The notes under the pieces are model-generated. The model worked only from the letters and a program-made list of their open reading frames with translations. It had not been told where the DNA came from and did no database searches. The translations under genes were made by a program, and so were the position numbers. Shown one piece after another: positions 38,660 to 46,764 of a stretch of DNA of 64,000 bases; position 1 is the stretch's first letter, and each line of letters begins with the position of its first letter. This DNA is from a virus (Duplodnaviria > Heunggongvirae > Uroviricota > Caudoviricetes), in IMG/VR virus record IMGVR_UViG_2974644367_000001, positions 10,237 to 74,236 of that record. One strand, written 5' to 3'.

Positions 38660-39506
38660 AGAACAACAGCTTGACCAGACCATGAACCAACTTCAGGTAG
38701 AGTTCAAACAAGAACTTAAAACTCTGACTGATAAGTTTGGTATCAAGCCAACTGGCAACCCTGAAGTTCCGTTTATGGTTGCGCTGTCTGCATCAGGTCT
38801 TCTGGAGATTATCTCAAAAGGTACAACTGAGAAGATTCAGAACACCGACACCGATACAGCCGCTGATTTGGAAAACGCTTACGGTGAGGTTGAGGTTGCT
38901 GGTGCTCGTAAACTGATGATTGCAACCTGTCAAACGCTGATGGCTGCATGGGGTCTGTGGGTTGCTGGTCAGCCTTACAACTACCCTGAACTGTTCGCCA
39001 AATACTCTGAAGCCCTGAAAGGTCTGGATGAGTCTGACGATGCACAGTATCAGACGCTGGTACGCGAGACCTTAGCGAAAGCCAATGAGTCCACTGCTGC
39101 GTTTGTTGAAAAGACAGGTGCAGGTGACTATGACAAGACCTTGCAGGAACTGAATGAATCTATGCAGGTGTTCTTTGCTCAGACTCAAGGTACTGAAGTC
39201 TACACAGTCAGCCTCTCTGCTGCACTGGTTCAGGTTTCTACCGAAGTTCTGGTTCACAGTCACTATCTGATGAAAGAAGGTATTGCACCGGACTTTGACA
39301 CCTTCTGTCAGCAGGTCGCTCCAATGACTGCATTCCTGTTCAGTCAGCTTCTGGAGCAAGTTATGGATTTCTGCATCAAGAAAGATATGGTGCAAAAACT
39401 TGGTCAGGCTGGTGCTGATGAGTTCGAAGCAGAGTTGGCTACTCTCTCGAAGCGTTATAGCGAGAAAGCCCGATTCGAAGTTCAAAATGCTGGACTTGAC
39501 CAGTAA
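38652..39506 (+). CDS. Early hypothetical acidic protein
   Basis: ORF coupled by an overlapping start. Net acidic. Confidence 0.5.
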   Translation: MTKEQQLDQTMNQLQVEFKQELKTLTDKFGIKPTGNPEVPFMVALSASGLLEIISKGTTEKIQNTDTDTAADLENAYGEVEVAGARKLMIATCQTLMAAWGLWVAGQPYNYPELFAKYSEALKGLDESDDAQYQTLVRETLAKANESTAAFVEKTGAGDYDKTLQELNESMQVFFAQTQGTEVYTVSLSAALVQVSTEVLVHSHYLMKEGIAPDFDTFCQQVAPMTAFLFSQLLEQVMDFCIKKDMVQKLGQAGADEFEAELATLSKRYSEKARFEVQNAGLDQ

Positions 39507-39526
39507 CTGATGTTATCTTACTAGCC

Positions 39527-39552
39527 CCTTAATTGGGGCTTTTTAGCCTATA
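39527..39552 (+). terminator. Intrinsic terminator
   Basis: AGCCCC-TTAATT-GGGGCT followed by TTTTT. Confidence 0.5.
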
Positions 39553-39565
39553 AGGAAAACTATAA

Positions 39566-40552
39566 ATGGTTGATTTAATTCTGTTAAATGGCGCTGCACG
39601 TTCCGGTAAAGATACGTGTGCATCCCTCATGCAAAAGATTCTCAAAGCCAACGGTCGTGACTCCCATATCATCCACTTCTATGACCCACTCAAAGGTGCT
39701 GTTGATGGTATGTTTGGTTTTGACCAGCGTCACCGTGACGGGTCTTTGAAAGAAACTCCTGTTATGATTCGTATGAATCCTGACCTGATGGCATCTGCTA
39801 TCCTGAAAACTCTCGAACATCCTGATTCACCCTACAAAGAGTTTGAAGACCTGAGCTTCACAAGTCACACACTTGCATGTGATTTCATTGACCTGATTCA
39901 GGAAGATGAGTTCTCAAGCGAGGTTGAAGGTTCTTCAGCATTAATCTCTCCACGCAGACTGTATCAGCTTTACGGCACTGAACTGATGCGCCAGAGCTTT
40001 GATAATGACATCTGGATTAACTTTGCTAAGAAAGCGTATGAGAACGCTGCTAAACTGAACAAAGTCACCATTATCAGTGATTTGCGCTTTGACAATGAAG
40101 CGGAGTTTGGTAAGATGCACAGCGGCTTAATTCTCAAGGTAATCAATCCAGAGGTGACTGCATCTCAAGTGTCTGCTCATGTTTCAGAAGCTGGCATTAG
40201 TAAAGAACATCTGTCAGGGACTATCATCAACAGCCATAGCCGTGGGCTTGATGAACTTGAGAAACTTCTTGTTGAAGTCCTTGATATGTACGGTGTAGTA
40301 TCACACTTCACACGTGTTGTTGACTTCCGTAAAGCAGAGATTGGCTTATTACCAATTTCAGTTATTTGTGGACGGCTCAACATCGCTCGTCAGTGTCGTG
40401 CTGCGATTGAAGATGAGATGGAGAAGTCCATCCGTGAAGGTTGCCACCGTGCTTACTACAATCAACTCCATGAGGATTGGGTTGAGGCTGATAAGATTGT
40501 AAAAGGTCTTCGTGAAGAATACCTGAAGAGAACGAAGAGGATTAATGACTAA
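39566..40552 (+). CDS. Deoxynucleoside monophosphate kinase (T4 gp1-like) with a C-terminal extension
   Basis: The N-terminal P-loop LILLNGAARSGKDT closely matches the T4 dNMP kinase N-terminus. Confidence 0.65.
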   Translation: MVDLILLNGAARSGKDTCASLMQKILKANGRDSHIIHFYDPLKGAVDGMFGFDQRHRDGSLKETPVMIRMNPDLMASAILKTLEHPDSPYKEFEDLSFTSHTLACDFIDLIQEDEFSSEVEGSSALISPRRLYQLYGTELMRQSFDNDIWINFAKKAYENAAKLNKVTIISDLRFDNEAEFGKMHSGLILKVINPEVTASQVSAHVSEAGISKEHLSGTIINSHSRGLDELEKLLVEVLDMYGVVSHFTRVVDFRKAEIGLLPISVICGRLNIARQCRAAIEDEMEKSIREGCHRAYYNQLHEDWVEADKIVKGLREEYLKRTKRIND

Positions 40553-42458
40553 TAAACGCTTCAAAGAGAAAGAGAAGGGTACATTCATCGGGCATACTGC
40601 TTGCCCGAAGTGTGGCTCATCTGATGCAGGTTCGGTTTATCGTCACGATGATGGTAGCCATTCAATGACTTGTTTTGCTTGTGAAAAAGGTTTTCCCGAA
40701 TGGGATGTGGAGAAGAATCAGATGTCAGAAAGAACTTATGAAAAGACTGAAAACACTAAACGTACCTTCGAAGGGTATGATATGGCTGCTGTCAAGGAAG
40801 ACTTGGTTGCTATGGATTTACCAGACCGTGTTCTTCCAGAAGCCCTGTTAGAGTCTTTTGGTGTGAAGGTTGACACTGACGGTAACGGTGATATTTGCGC
40901 TCACTTCTACCCAACGTATAAACTTGATAACGCTGGAGTTCCTTATCATGCTGGTTATCGTGTACGTCACCGATTCCCTGATGACTACAAGAAACCTGAA
41001 CTGCGTGGCAAGCTGAAAGACTTCTCCGGTGGTGTTGGTGATATTTCTGGAGAGTTACAACTCTTCGGTTCACAACGTCATGCCAAAGGTGGTAAGCGTC
41101 TATTCATTTGGGAAGGTGAGATTGAGTCTATGACGGCTGACCTCCTGACCAGTATGATTGTAGAGAAGAATCGCCGTAAGCACTATGCACACACCTCATT
41201 ACCTTCTGGTGCAAACATCAAGGGTATTAAGGATAACTATCAGTACATCACATCGTTTGAAGAGATTTATATCTGTGCAGACAATGATGAAGCTGGTGCT
41301 AAGTTTATGCGTGAGGCTGCTCGTATTCTCCCGATTGAGAAGGTTCGTATCTTCCAATATCCAGAGAATATCAAAGACCTGTCTGATTGGTGGAAAGGTA
41401 GCCAGAAGAAGCGTAAAGTGATGCTGGACGAATTCAAACATCGTCTGTATAACGCTGAACGTTACTGTCCTGCTGGTATCAAGAACTTCGCAGATGGTTA
41501 TGACGCAATGAAGAATCGTGGTAAGGTTCCACTGATTCCATTCCCTGAATCATTCGGTGACTTGAACGCACTGACTTTCGGTGGTTATGGTAAAGGTGAG
41601 ATTACGACGATTGCTGCACCGTCTTCTGTTGGTAAGTCTGCGTTTACACGTGAAATGATTTACACGGCATTCACACAAACTGATGAGAAGATTGGTGTTA
41701 TCCCTTGTGAAGACACCTATGAAGAACTCATGGAAATGCTTTGCTCTGTTCACCTTAGCAAGCAGATTTCTGAGATTCCATACGATGAACGTAATTGGGA
41801 TGAAATCAAGGAAGCACACAAACAGCTTTCTGAAGGTCGTCGTATCAACATCGTTGACCATCAGGGTGCAATTGACCAAGATAACCTTCTTGAGTTTATT
41901 GACTATCTGGTTGGTGCAATGGGCTGTGGAGTTATCATCCTTGACCCTGTAACATTGGCACTGTCCAAAGCTGAGACAGATGAAGAAGAAGTTTTGTCAG
42001 AGATTCTTCGTCGTTGTAAGCGTCTTGGGTATGCTCATGTAAACGTCTGTCACGTTCGTAAGAACAGTGGTGGTCAAAAGGCTAACTCAGAAGGTGGTGA
42101 CGTTGCAGAAGAGGATATTAAGGGTTCTGGTGCATACTTCCAGATTTCTATGAATAACCTCATCCTGACCCGTAACAAGGTTGACTCTGACCGTGTTCGT
42201 AAGAACATCACTAAGATTAAGTTGACCAAATGTCGTCGTCATGGTAAAAGTACAGGCATTGCAGGTTACGCCTATTACGATGGTGAAACAGGTCGTCTTG
42301 TCCGTGCTGCTGGTGCTGGAGAAGAGCTTGACACTGCGATGGAAAACATTAAAATGCAATACGGTATCGAGGATGAAGAGGACGTTTCAAGTTCTGACGC
42401 ATCACAGTTAGGTTTCGATGCACCTGATGATGATGACATTCCATTCCGTACTGAGTAA
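40545..42458 (+). CDS. DNA primase-helicase (T7 gp4-like)
   Basis: Zinc finger CPKCGSSD..CFAC, TOPRIM motifs (EGE, CADNDEAG) and a DnaB-like Walker A GKGEITTIAAPSSVGKS. The C-terminus is acidic. Confidence 0.9.
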   Translation: MTNKRFKEKEKGTFIGHTACPKCGSSDAGSVYRHDDGSHSMTCFACEKGFPEWDVEKNQMSERTYEKTENTKRTFEGYDMAAVKEDLVAMDLPDRVLPEALLESFGVKVDTDGNGDICAHFYPTYKLDNAGVPYHAGYRVRHRFPDDYKKPELRGKLKDFSGGVGDISGELQLFGSQRHAKGGKRLFIWEGEIESMTADLLTSMIVEKNRRKHYAHTSLPSGANIKGIKDNYQYITSFEEIYICADNDEAGAKFMREAARILPIEKVRIFQYPENIKDLSDWWKGSQKKRKVMLDEFKHRLYNAERYCPAGIKNFADGYDAMKNRGKVPLIPFPESFGDLNALTFGGYGKGEITTIAAPSSVGKSAFTREMIYTAFTQTDEKIGVIPCEDTYEELMEMLCSVHLSKQISEIPYDERNWDEIKEAHKQLSEGRRINIVDHQGAIDQDNLLEFIDYLVGAMGCGVIILDPVTLALSKAETDEEEVLSEILRRCKRLGYAHVNVCHVRKNSGGQKANSEGGDVAEEDIKGSGAYFQISMNNLILTRNKVDSDRVRKNITKIKLTKCRRHGKSTGIAGYAYYDGETGRLVRAAGAGEELDTAMENIKMQYGIEDEEDVSSSDASQLGFDAPDDDDIPFRTE

Positions 42459-42476
42459 AATGTTTTAAAATAAGTA

Positions 42477-42505
42477 TTGCAATAGGTGGGTAGGCTTGGT
42501 AAGAT
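42477..42505 (+). promoter_or_regulatory. Sigma70-like promoter with an extended -10 (TTGCAA-N17-TGGTAAGAT)
   Basis: Same TGGTAAGAT element as the promoter at 37585. Confidence 0.5.
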
Positions 42506-42557
42506 ACTCACCTCGTTTGAGAAGACAAACTAATAACCCATAGAAGGAAACTGACTA

Positions 42558-43418
42558 ATGTCTAAAGCTGAATCTAAACTTGTTGTTCTGAAGCCTCTGT
42601 CTGTAAAAGGCAAAGAAGTTCCACGTTATGCTCTGAAAGATGTGTGGTTCTACTTCCTGAACACCATGCCTCAACTGAACAAGGGTAAACGCGAAGACGC
42701 AAGTTTCCCGATGAAGAACCGCACCTTCAGTGTTTCTGTTCTGGCTGACCGTAAGACTGCGGTTGCGTTCAAGAAGAAGTTCTCTGATTGTAAAATCGAG
42801 ACCGTTGACGCTGAAGAGTTTGAAGAGAAGTTCAAGTGTGAGCCACCTTTTGAAGCTGAAACTTACAGCATTATCAAACTGGCTCGTCACGCATCTTACC
42901 CTGACGGCTCGTTCTTCCTCGGTGCTCATGGTCTGGACGTGTTCGTACTGGAAGGTCGTAAACCAGTTGGCGTTCCGATGAAGAAAATCAAAGCCAAGGC
43001 TCACGCTGACCACGAAGAGCGCAAGGATTATGACGGTATCGTTCCTAATCTGGCTATCGGTAACGGTTCATTTGGTACTATCATCTGTGAAGAGTATACT
43101 TATACCTTCGAAGGTGCTCAGAAAACCAAACCGATTCACCAGCAGGTTTACATCTCTGACTTGGTAGCTTACGAAGGTGGTTCTTCTGTTGACCGTAACC
43201 TTGAAGCTGATGAACTGTCAGAACTTGGTTTCGATGAACCTGTACAGAGTGGTGAAATCATCGAAGAAGAAGCGAAAGGTGCATCTTCTGAGAAGTCTTC
43301 AAGCAAACCTTCTAACGATGGTGACGACGATTCTGATGACGGTGACAACGACATCCCTCAGTATGGTGATGACGATGATTCCGACGACGATGATGATGTT
43401 CCGTTCAAAACCGAATAA
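42558..43418 (+). CDS. Putative ssDNA-binding protein (T7 gp2.5-like) with an acidic C-terminal tail
   Basis: Position after the primase-helicase under a strong promoter. The acidic tail ends in DDDDDVPFKTE. Confidence 0.5.
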   Translation: MSKAESKLVVLKPLSVKGKEVPRYALKDVWFYFLNTMPQLNKGKREDASFPMKNRTFSVSVLADRKTAVAFKKKFSDCKIETVDAEEFEEKFKCEPPFEAETYSIIKLARHASYPDGSFFLGAHGLDVFVLEGRKPVGVPMKKIKAKAHADHEERKDYDGIVPNLAIGNGSFGTIICEEYTYTFEGAQKTKPIHQQVYISDLVAYEGGSSVDRNLEADELSELGFDEPVQSGEIIEEEAKGASSEKSSSKPSNDGDDDSDDGDNDIPQYGDDDDSDDDDDVPFKTE

Positions 43419-43436
43419 GACATCTAAGTAATCAAT

Positions 43437-43465
43437 GGGTATGGGGGTTTCCCTGTACCCTTTTT
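43437..43465 (+). terminator. Intrinsic terminator
   Basis: GGGTA..TACCC stem followed by TTTTT. Confidence 0.5.
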
Positions 43466-43484
43466 CGTTTAAGAGGAAATCAAA

Positions 43485-44558
43485 ATGGCTTTAACCGATG
43501 CTGAGAAGCATAGTAAATTCACCCTTTCAAAAATACCTGCCACAGTTAAGCTGGCATACTTTGACTCAGACCCTATCGCTTATCGTGGGGCATTTGCTGT
43601 TGAGAAGACTAAGTATCGCTTCACAAACTCTGAGACGTTTGAAGAGTCTCCACCATTCTTGAGTGCAAAAGATGCTAAGTCTTGGTTGGATGGTCAACAA
43701 GATATTGCAGAGTCAATTGGTATCGAGTTCCGTAAACAAGATTGGGTTCGTTATGATTGGAAAGAACCTTTGTCTGTTGAGGAAGCTATTAAGGCCACTC
43801 AGGATGTTCTACAGGCTTATATCAAGGCTTCTGGTGTCCATGAAGATGACTGGATGGGCTTCTTGACACAACGTGGTGTAGAGAAGACTAAAGACTTGAA
43901 AGGTCTTGAACACCAGTATCAGGGCAACCGTTCAGGCTTCACACCAACTCACCTTGACGCAACCAGACAACATCTGATTGACAAGTCACAGATGCACTTA
44001 CTGTCTGATGGATTTGAGGCTGATGCCGCTGTAATCGCAATGGGTGAACGTAAAGGTAAACGTGCTGTCATCTTATCACTTGACAAAGACCTTCGTCAGT
44101 TGATGGGTGGTTACATGCTTGACATGTCCTATGACAAGGCTCCGCTCATCTTCAATACCGTTGATAACCCACTTGGTGACGTTTGGCGATGCCCTATCAA
44201 GTCAAAACCTAAACAACCTCCGAAGTATGTTGGTTGTGGTTTTAAATGGCTCTGTTATCAGGCTCTGGCTGGAGACCCTTCAGACGGCTACTATGGTATC
44301 TCTGGAGTTGGTGGTGCTGCGATTATCAAACTCCTTGATGAATGTGAGACTATTCACCAGTGCTTAGACGCAATCTATGCCCTCTACAAGAAGAAGTTCC
44401 CTGAAGGGTACACATATACCTCATGGGACGGTGTAGAGACTCACAGGACGCCTGAAGAGCTTATGACACAGCATTTCATGTTGCCTTATCAGGAGCGTAG
44501 CATGGACGATGTATTTACCTTTGAAAAATATGATTGGAGTTTTAACATGAATGGATAA
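43485..44558 (+). CDS. 5'-3' exonuclease / flap endonuclease (FEN, T7 gp6/T5 D15-like)
   Basis: The PIN-like LSLDKDLRQL motif and the H3TH GISGVGGAAIIK motif. Confidence 0.75.
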   Translation: MALTDAEKHSKFTLSKIPATVKLAYFDSDPIAYRGAFAVEKTKYRFTNSETFEESPPFLSAKDAKSWLDGQQDIAESIGIEFRKQDWVRYDWKEPLSVEEAIKATQDVLQAYIKASGVHEDDWMGFLTQRGVEKTKDLKGLEHQYQGNRSGFTPTHLDATRQHLIDKSQMHLLSDGFEADAAVIAMGERKGKRAVILSLDKDLRQLMGGYMLDMSYDKAPLIFNTVDNPLGDVWRCPIKSKPKQPPKYVGCGFKWLCYQALAGDPSDGYYGISGVGGAAIIKLLDECETIHQCLDAIYALYKKKFPEGYTYTSWDGVETHRTPEELMTQHFMLPYQERSMDDVFTFEKYDWSFNMNG

Positions 44559-45066
44559 GCTGCCACGTTACGCACATTGGGTGTCTCTCTGCGGAGAGAT
44601 TAACCCTGAAAAACTTTTCGGTTTTGTCTATGTGGTCTACAATAAAGCCCATAACAGATTTTACATCGGAAAGAAACAATTCTTTTCAGTTACTAAGAAA
44701 AAGATTGTTGGAAAAGTTCGAAGAAAGACTTGCATCAAGGATTCAGATTGGTTAAGATACTTCACATCTTCTGAGTACGTTAAGAAAGATATTGAAGAGC
44801 TTGGGTTAGACAACTTTGAGTTCTATATCATCGAAACGTATGAGACTAAATCGGGTCTGGTCTACGCTGAAGCTAACCTTCAACATAAGTTTGATGTGAT
44901 GCAAAAAAGTGTTGACTCTGATACTCGCAAGTTTTACAATGCAAATGTCGCTGCTATCAAGTTCCTCGTAAAAGAGATTAAGCCTGTAGCAGCAAAACGA
45001 ATTAAACAACTAATTGAATATAAAGAGGCTCACCATGTTCGCAATTCTGAAAAAACTGTTCTCTGA
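44551..45066 (+). CDS. GIY-YIG nuclease
   Basis: GFVYVVYN...RFYIGK GIY-YIG motif. Confidence 0.6.
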   Translation: MDKLPRYAHWVSLCGEINPEKLFGFVYVVYNKAHNRFYIGKKQFFSVTKKKIVGKVRRKTCIKDSDWLRYFTSSEYVKKDIEELGLDNFEFYIIETYETKSGLVYAEANLQHKFDVMQKSVDSDTRKFYNANVAAIKFLVKEIKPVAAKRIKQLIEYKEAHHVRNSEKTVL

Positions 45067-45301
45067 CGCTAAGAAAGTGGAACAACCAATCCATACCCGT
45101 ATCGACAACGCTGTAACCAAGCTGATTGACTCTGTAGGTGAGGAACTGTCCCACGCCAAGCAGGAACTGTCTCAGGTTGACGATGCGATTGCCGCTCTTA
45201 TGTCCCGCCGTGCGAATCTGGCATTCAACCTTGAAGCCGCTAAAGAGAAACACGCAGCCCTGCATCTGGTTACTGGCAAACAGTACGAAGATGTAGAATA
45301 A
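45035..45301 (+). CDS. Small coiled-coil protein
   Basis: ORF with an AGAGG ribosome-binding site. Confidence 0.4.
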   Translation: MFAILKKLFSDAKKVEQPIHTRIDNAVTKLIDSVGEELSHAKQELSQVDDAIAALMSRRANLAFNLEAAKEKHAALHLVTGKQYEDVE

Positions 45302-45310
45302 TAATAAAAT

Positions 45311-45340
45311 GTCGGGGGGTTAACTCCCCCGCTTTCTTTG
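45311..45340 (+). terminator. Intrinsic terminator (weak)
   Basis: CGGGGG..CCCCCG stem followed by a T-rich tail. Confidence 0.4.
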
Positions 45341-45358
45341 AAGAATGTTGAGGTGTGA

Positions 45359-46105
45359 ATGTATGTAACTACTAATAATCCCGTCCATCTTTGGAACATC
45401 CGTGCTGGTCTGAATGCTGCAAAACGCTACTCACCAGAATACTGGAAAGCATTAGAGAACCAAGCTGAACGAATGATGGAAGAGTTGAAAGAAACTATCC
45501 AAGCTATTCGTGAGCGTGATGCGTTAGGTCTGATTGACGGTCAGGTTGACATGGACTTCGTGCTGCAAGGTTTCACCTACCTTTCACAGCTTGACCATGA
45601 AACAGGTCTGAAACGTGTTTGTGACAACAACGATTTGAAAATCACTGAAGATGCTGGTACAGCACTTCGCTGGTTGGATGAGCACAATGAGAAAGACCCT
45701 CAGACTGCTTGTGAAGTTGTTGGTACTGAGGTCAATGGGAAGGTTTACTACACCGTCCATCGTCTGAGCGATAACAAGATTATGAAACCAGTTAACCATC
45801 CAACAGTGACCCTGTATGATTTGGTTGCAGGTAATACAGAAATCTTTGTGCCATCAAAAGAGTCTTGCACACTGTGTAAATCACTGGCAAAAACTCTTGA
45901 GAGCCTTGGCTATTCGTTCACCGTACTTGACCTTGATAACTCTGAAGCTGATATTGAGTTCGCTGAAGAGGTTGGTCTTGATATTGGTTGTGTGGCTTTC
46001 TTTGACGGTGAATCCGTGGTAAGATTGTCAGTCGGTGCAGGTCACGATAAAGAGTTCGTGAGCAATTGGTTGAAAGGAGTAGGTGCTAATGGAAAAGCTG
46101 ATTGA
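45359..46105 (+). CDS. MazG-like NTP pyrophosphohydrolase fused to a glutaredoxin/NrdH-like thioredoxin-fold domain
   Basis: MazG EExxE..D helical motif at the N-terminus. The C-terminal half has a CTLC redox motif in an NrdH-like context. Confidence 0.45.
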   Translation: MYVTTNNPVHLWNIRAGLNAAKRYSPEYWKALENQAERMMEELKETIQAIRERDALGLIDGQVDMDFVLQGFTYLSQLDHETGLKRVCDNNDLKITEDAGTALRWLDEHNEKDPQTACEVVGTEVNGKVYYTVHRLSDNKIMKPVNHPTVTLYDLVAGNTEIFVPSKESCTLCKSLAKTLESLGYSFTVLDLDNSEADIEFAEEVGLDIGCVAFFDGESVVRLSVGAGHDKEFVSNWLKGVGANGKAD

Positions 46106-46424
46106 GGGATTGAAAAACCCTAACCACTGCACTTACAGCGTTTCAATCACTGTACTGATGCGTGACCCTCTGGTCAAAGATGTACCAGACCTGCTTGCAA
46201 GTTATCAGACTGATTTGCTGAAAGCGGTTCTGTTCAAATACGGTTTCGACCTCGACAAAGGCATTGTCTATGAAGAGTGTGAACATCGAAACTGTTATGG
46301 TGAGCGCGTAAATGGTGCTCTTTTCAAAGGTAAAGAAAGGGTTGATGAAAGATGGAAAAGTCTCAAACGTCATCGTCTGACGAAGAAAGCATCCTTGGCA
46401 CTGATAAATTCGGTAACGAACTGA
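46083..46424 (+). CDS. Hypothetical protein
   Basis: ORF. Confidence 0.4.
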   Translation: MLMEKLIEGLKNPNHCTYSVSITVLMRDPLVKDVPDLLASYQTDLLKAVLFKYGFDLDKGIVYEECEHRNCYGERVNGALFKGKERVDERWKSLKRHRLTKKASLALINSVTN

Positions 46425-46627
46425 GAGAGGGTGATTTAGTCTTCTATCCTCTGGTTGTTCACTCGAAAGGTGCTCGTTCAGAAATGGGCTTCAGCACTAT
46501 AAAGGGTAAGAGTCGTGGTTATATCCAACTGACTTCATCTTACCGTGGAATCAGCCCTTCTTCGCTGGTTAAGGTCACAGAGACCTTCCGTCGAGCCTAC
46601 GAAGATGGTACAATCTTCAAATATTAA
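46352..46627 (+). CDS. Hypothetical protein
   Basis: ORF that overlaps the previous one by 73 nt. Confidence 0.3.
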   Translation: MEKSQTSSSDEESILGTDKFGNELREGDLVFYPLVVHSKGARSEMGFSTIKGKSRGYIQLTSSYRGISPSSLVKVTETFRRAYEDGTIFKY

Positions 46628-46633
46628 TCACAA

Positions 46634-46655
46634 GGGACTCTTCGGAGTCCTTTTT
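46634..46655 (+). terminator. Intrinsic terminator (UUCG hairpin family)
   Basis: GGGACTCTTCGGAGTCCTTTTT. Confidence 0.7.
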
Positions 46656-46671
46656 AATCTGGAATGAAATA

Positions 46672-46764
46672 ATGAATAAGACAATCCTCGCTGTAATGGT
46701 TCCCCTCCTGATTCAATATCAGATTCTGAGCAACAAATTCAAAGCACAACTTGAGGCTAAATAA
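46672..46764 (+). CDS. Possible 30 aa hydrophobic leader peptide whose stop overlaps the nrdA start (TAATG)
   Basis: MNKTILAVMVPLLIQYQILSNKFKAQLEAK. The ribosome-binding site is weak. Confidence 0.2.
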   Translation: MNKTILAVMVPLLIQYQILSNKFKAQLEAK

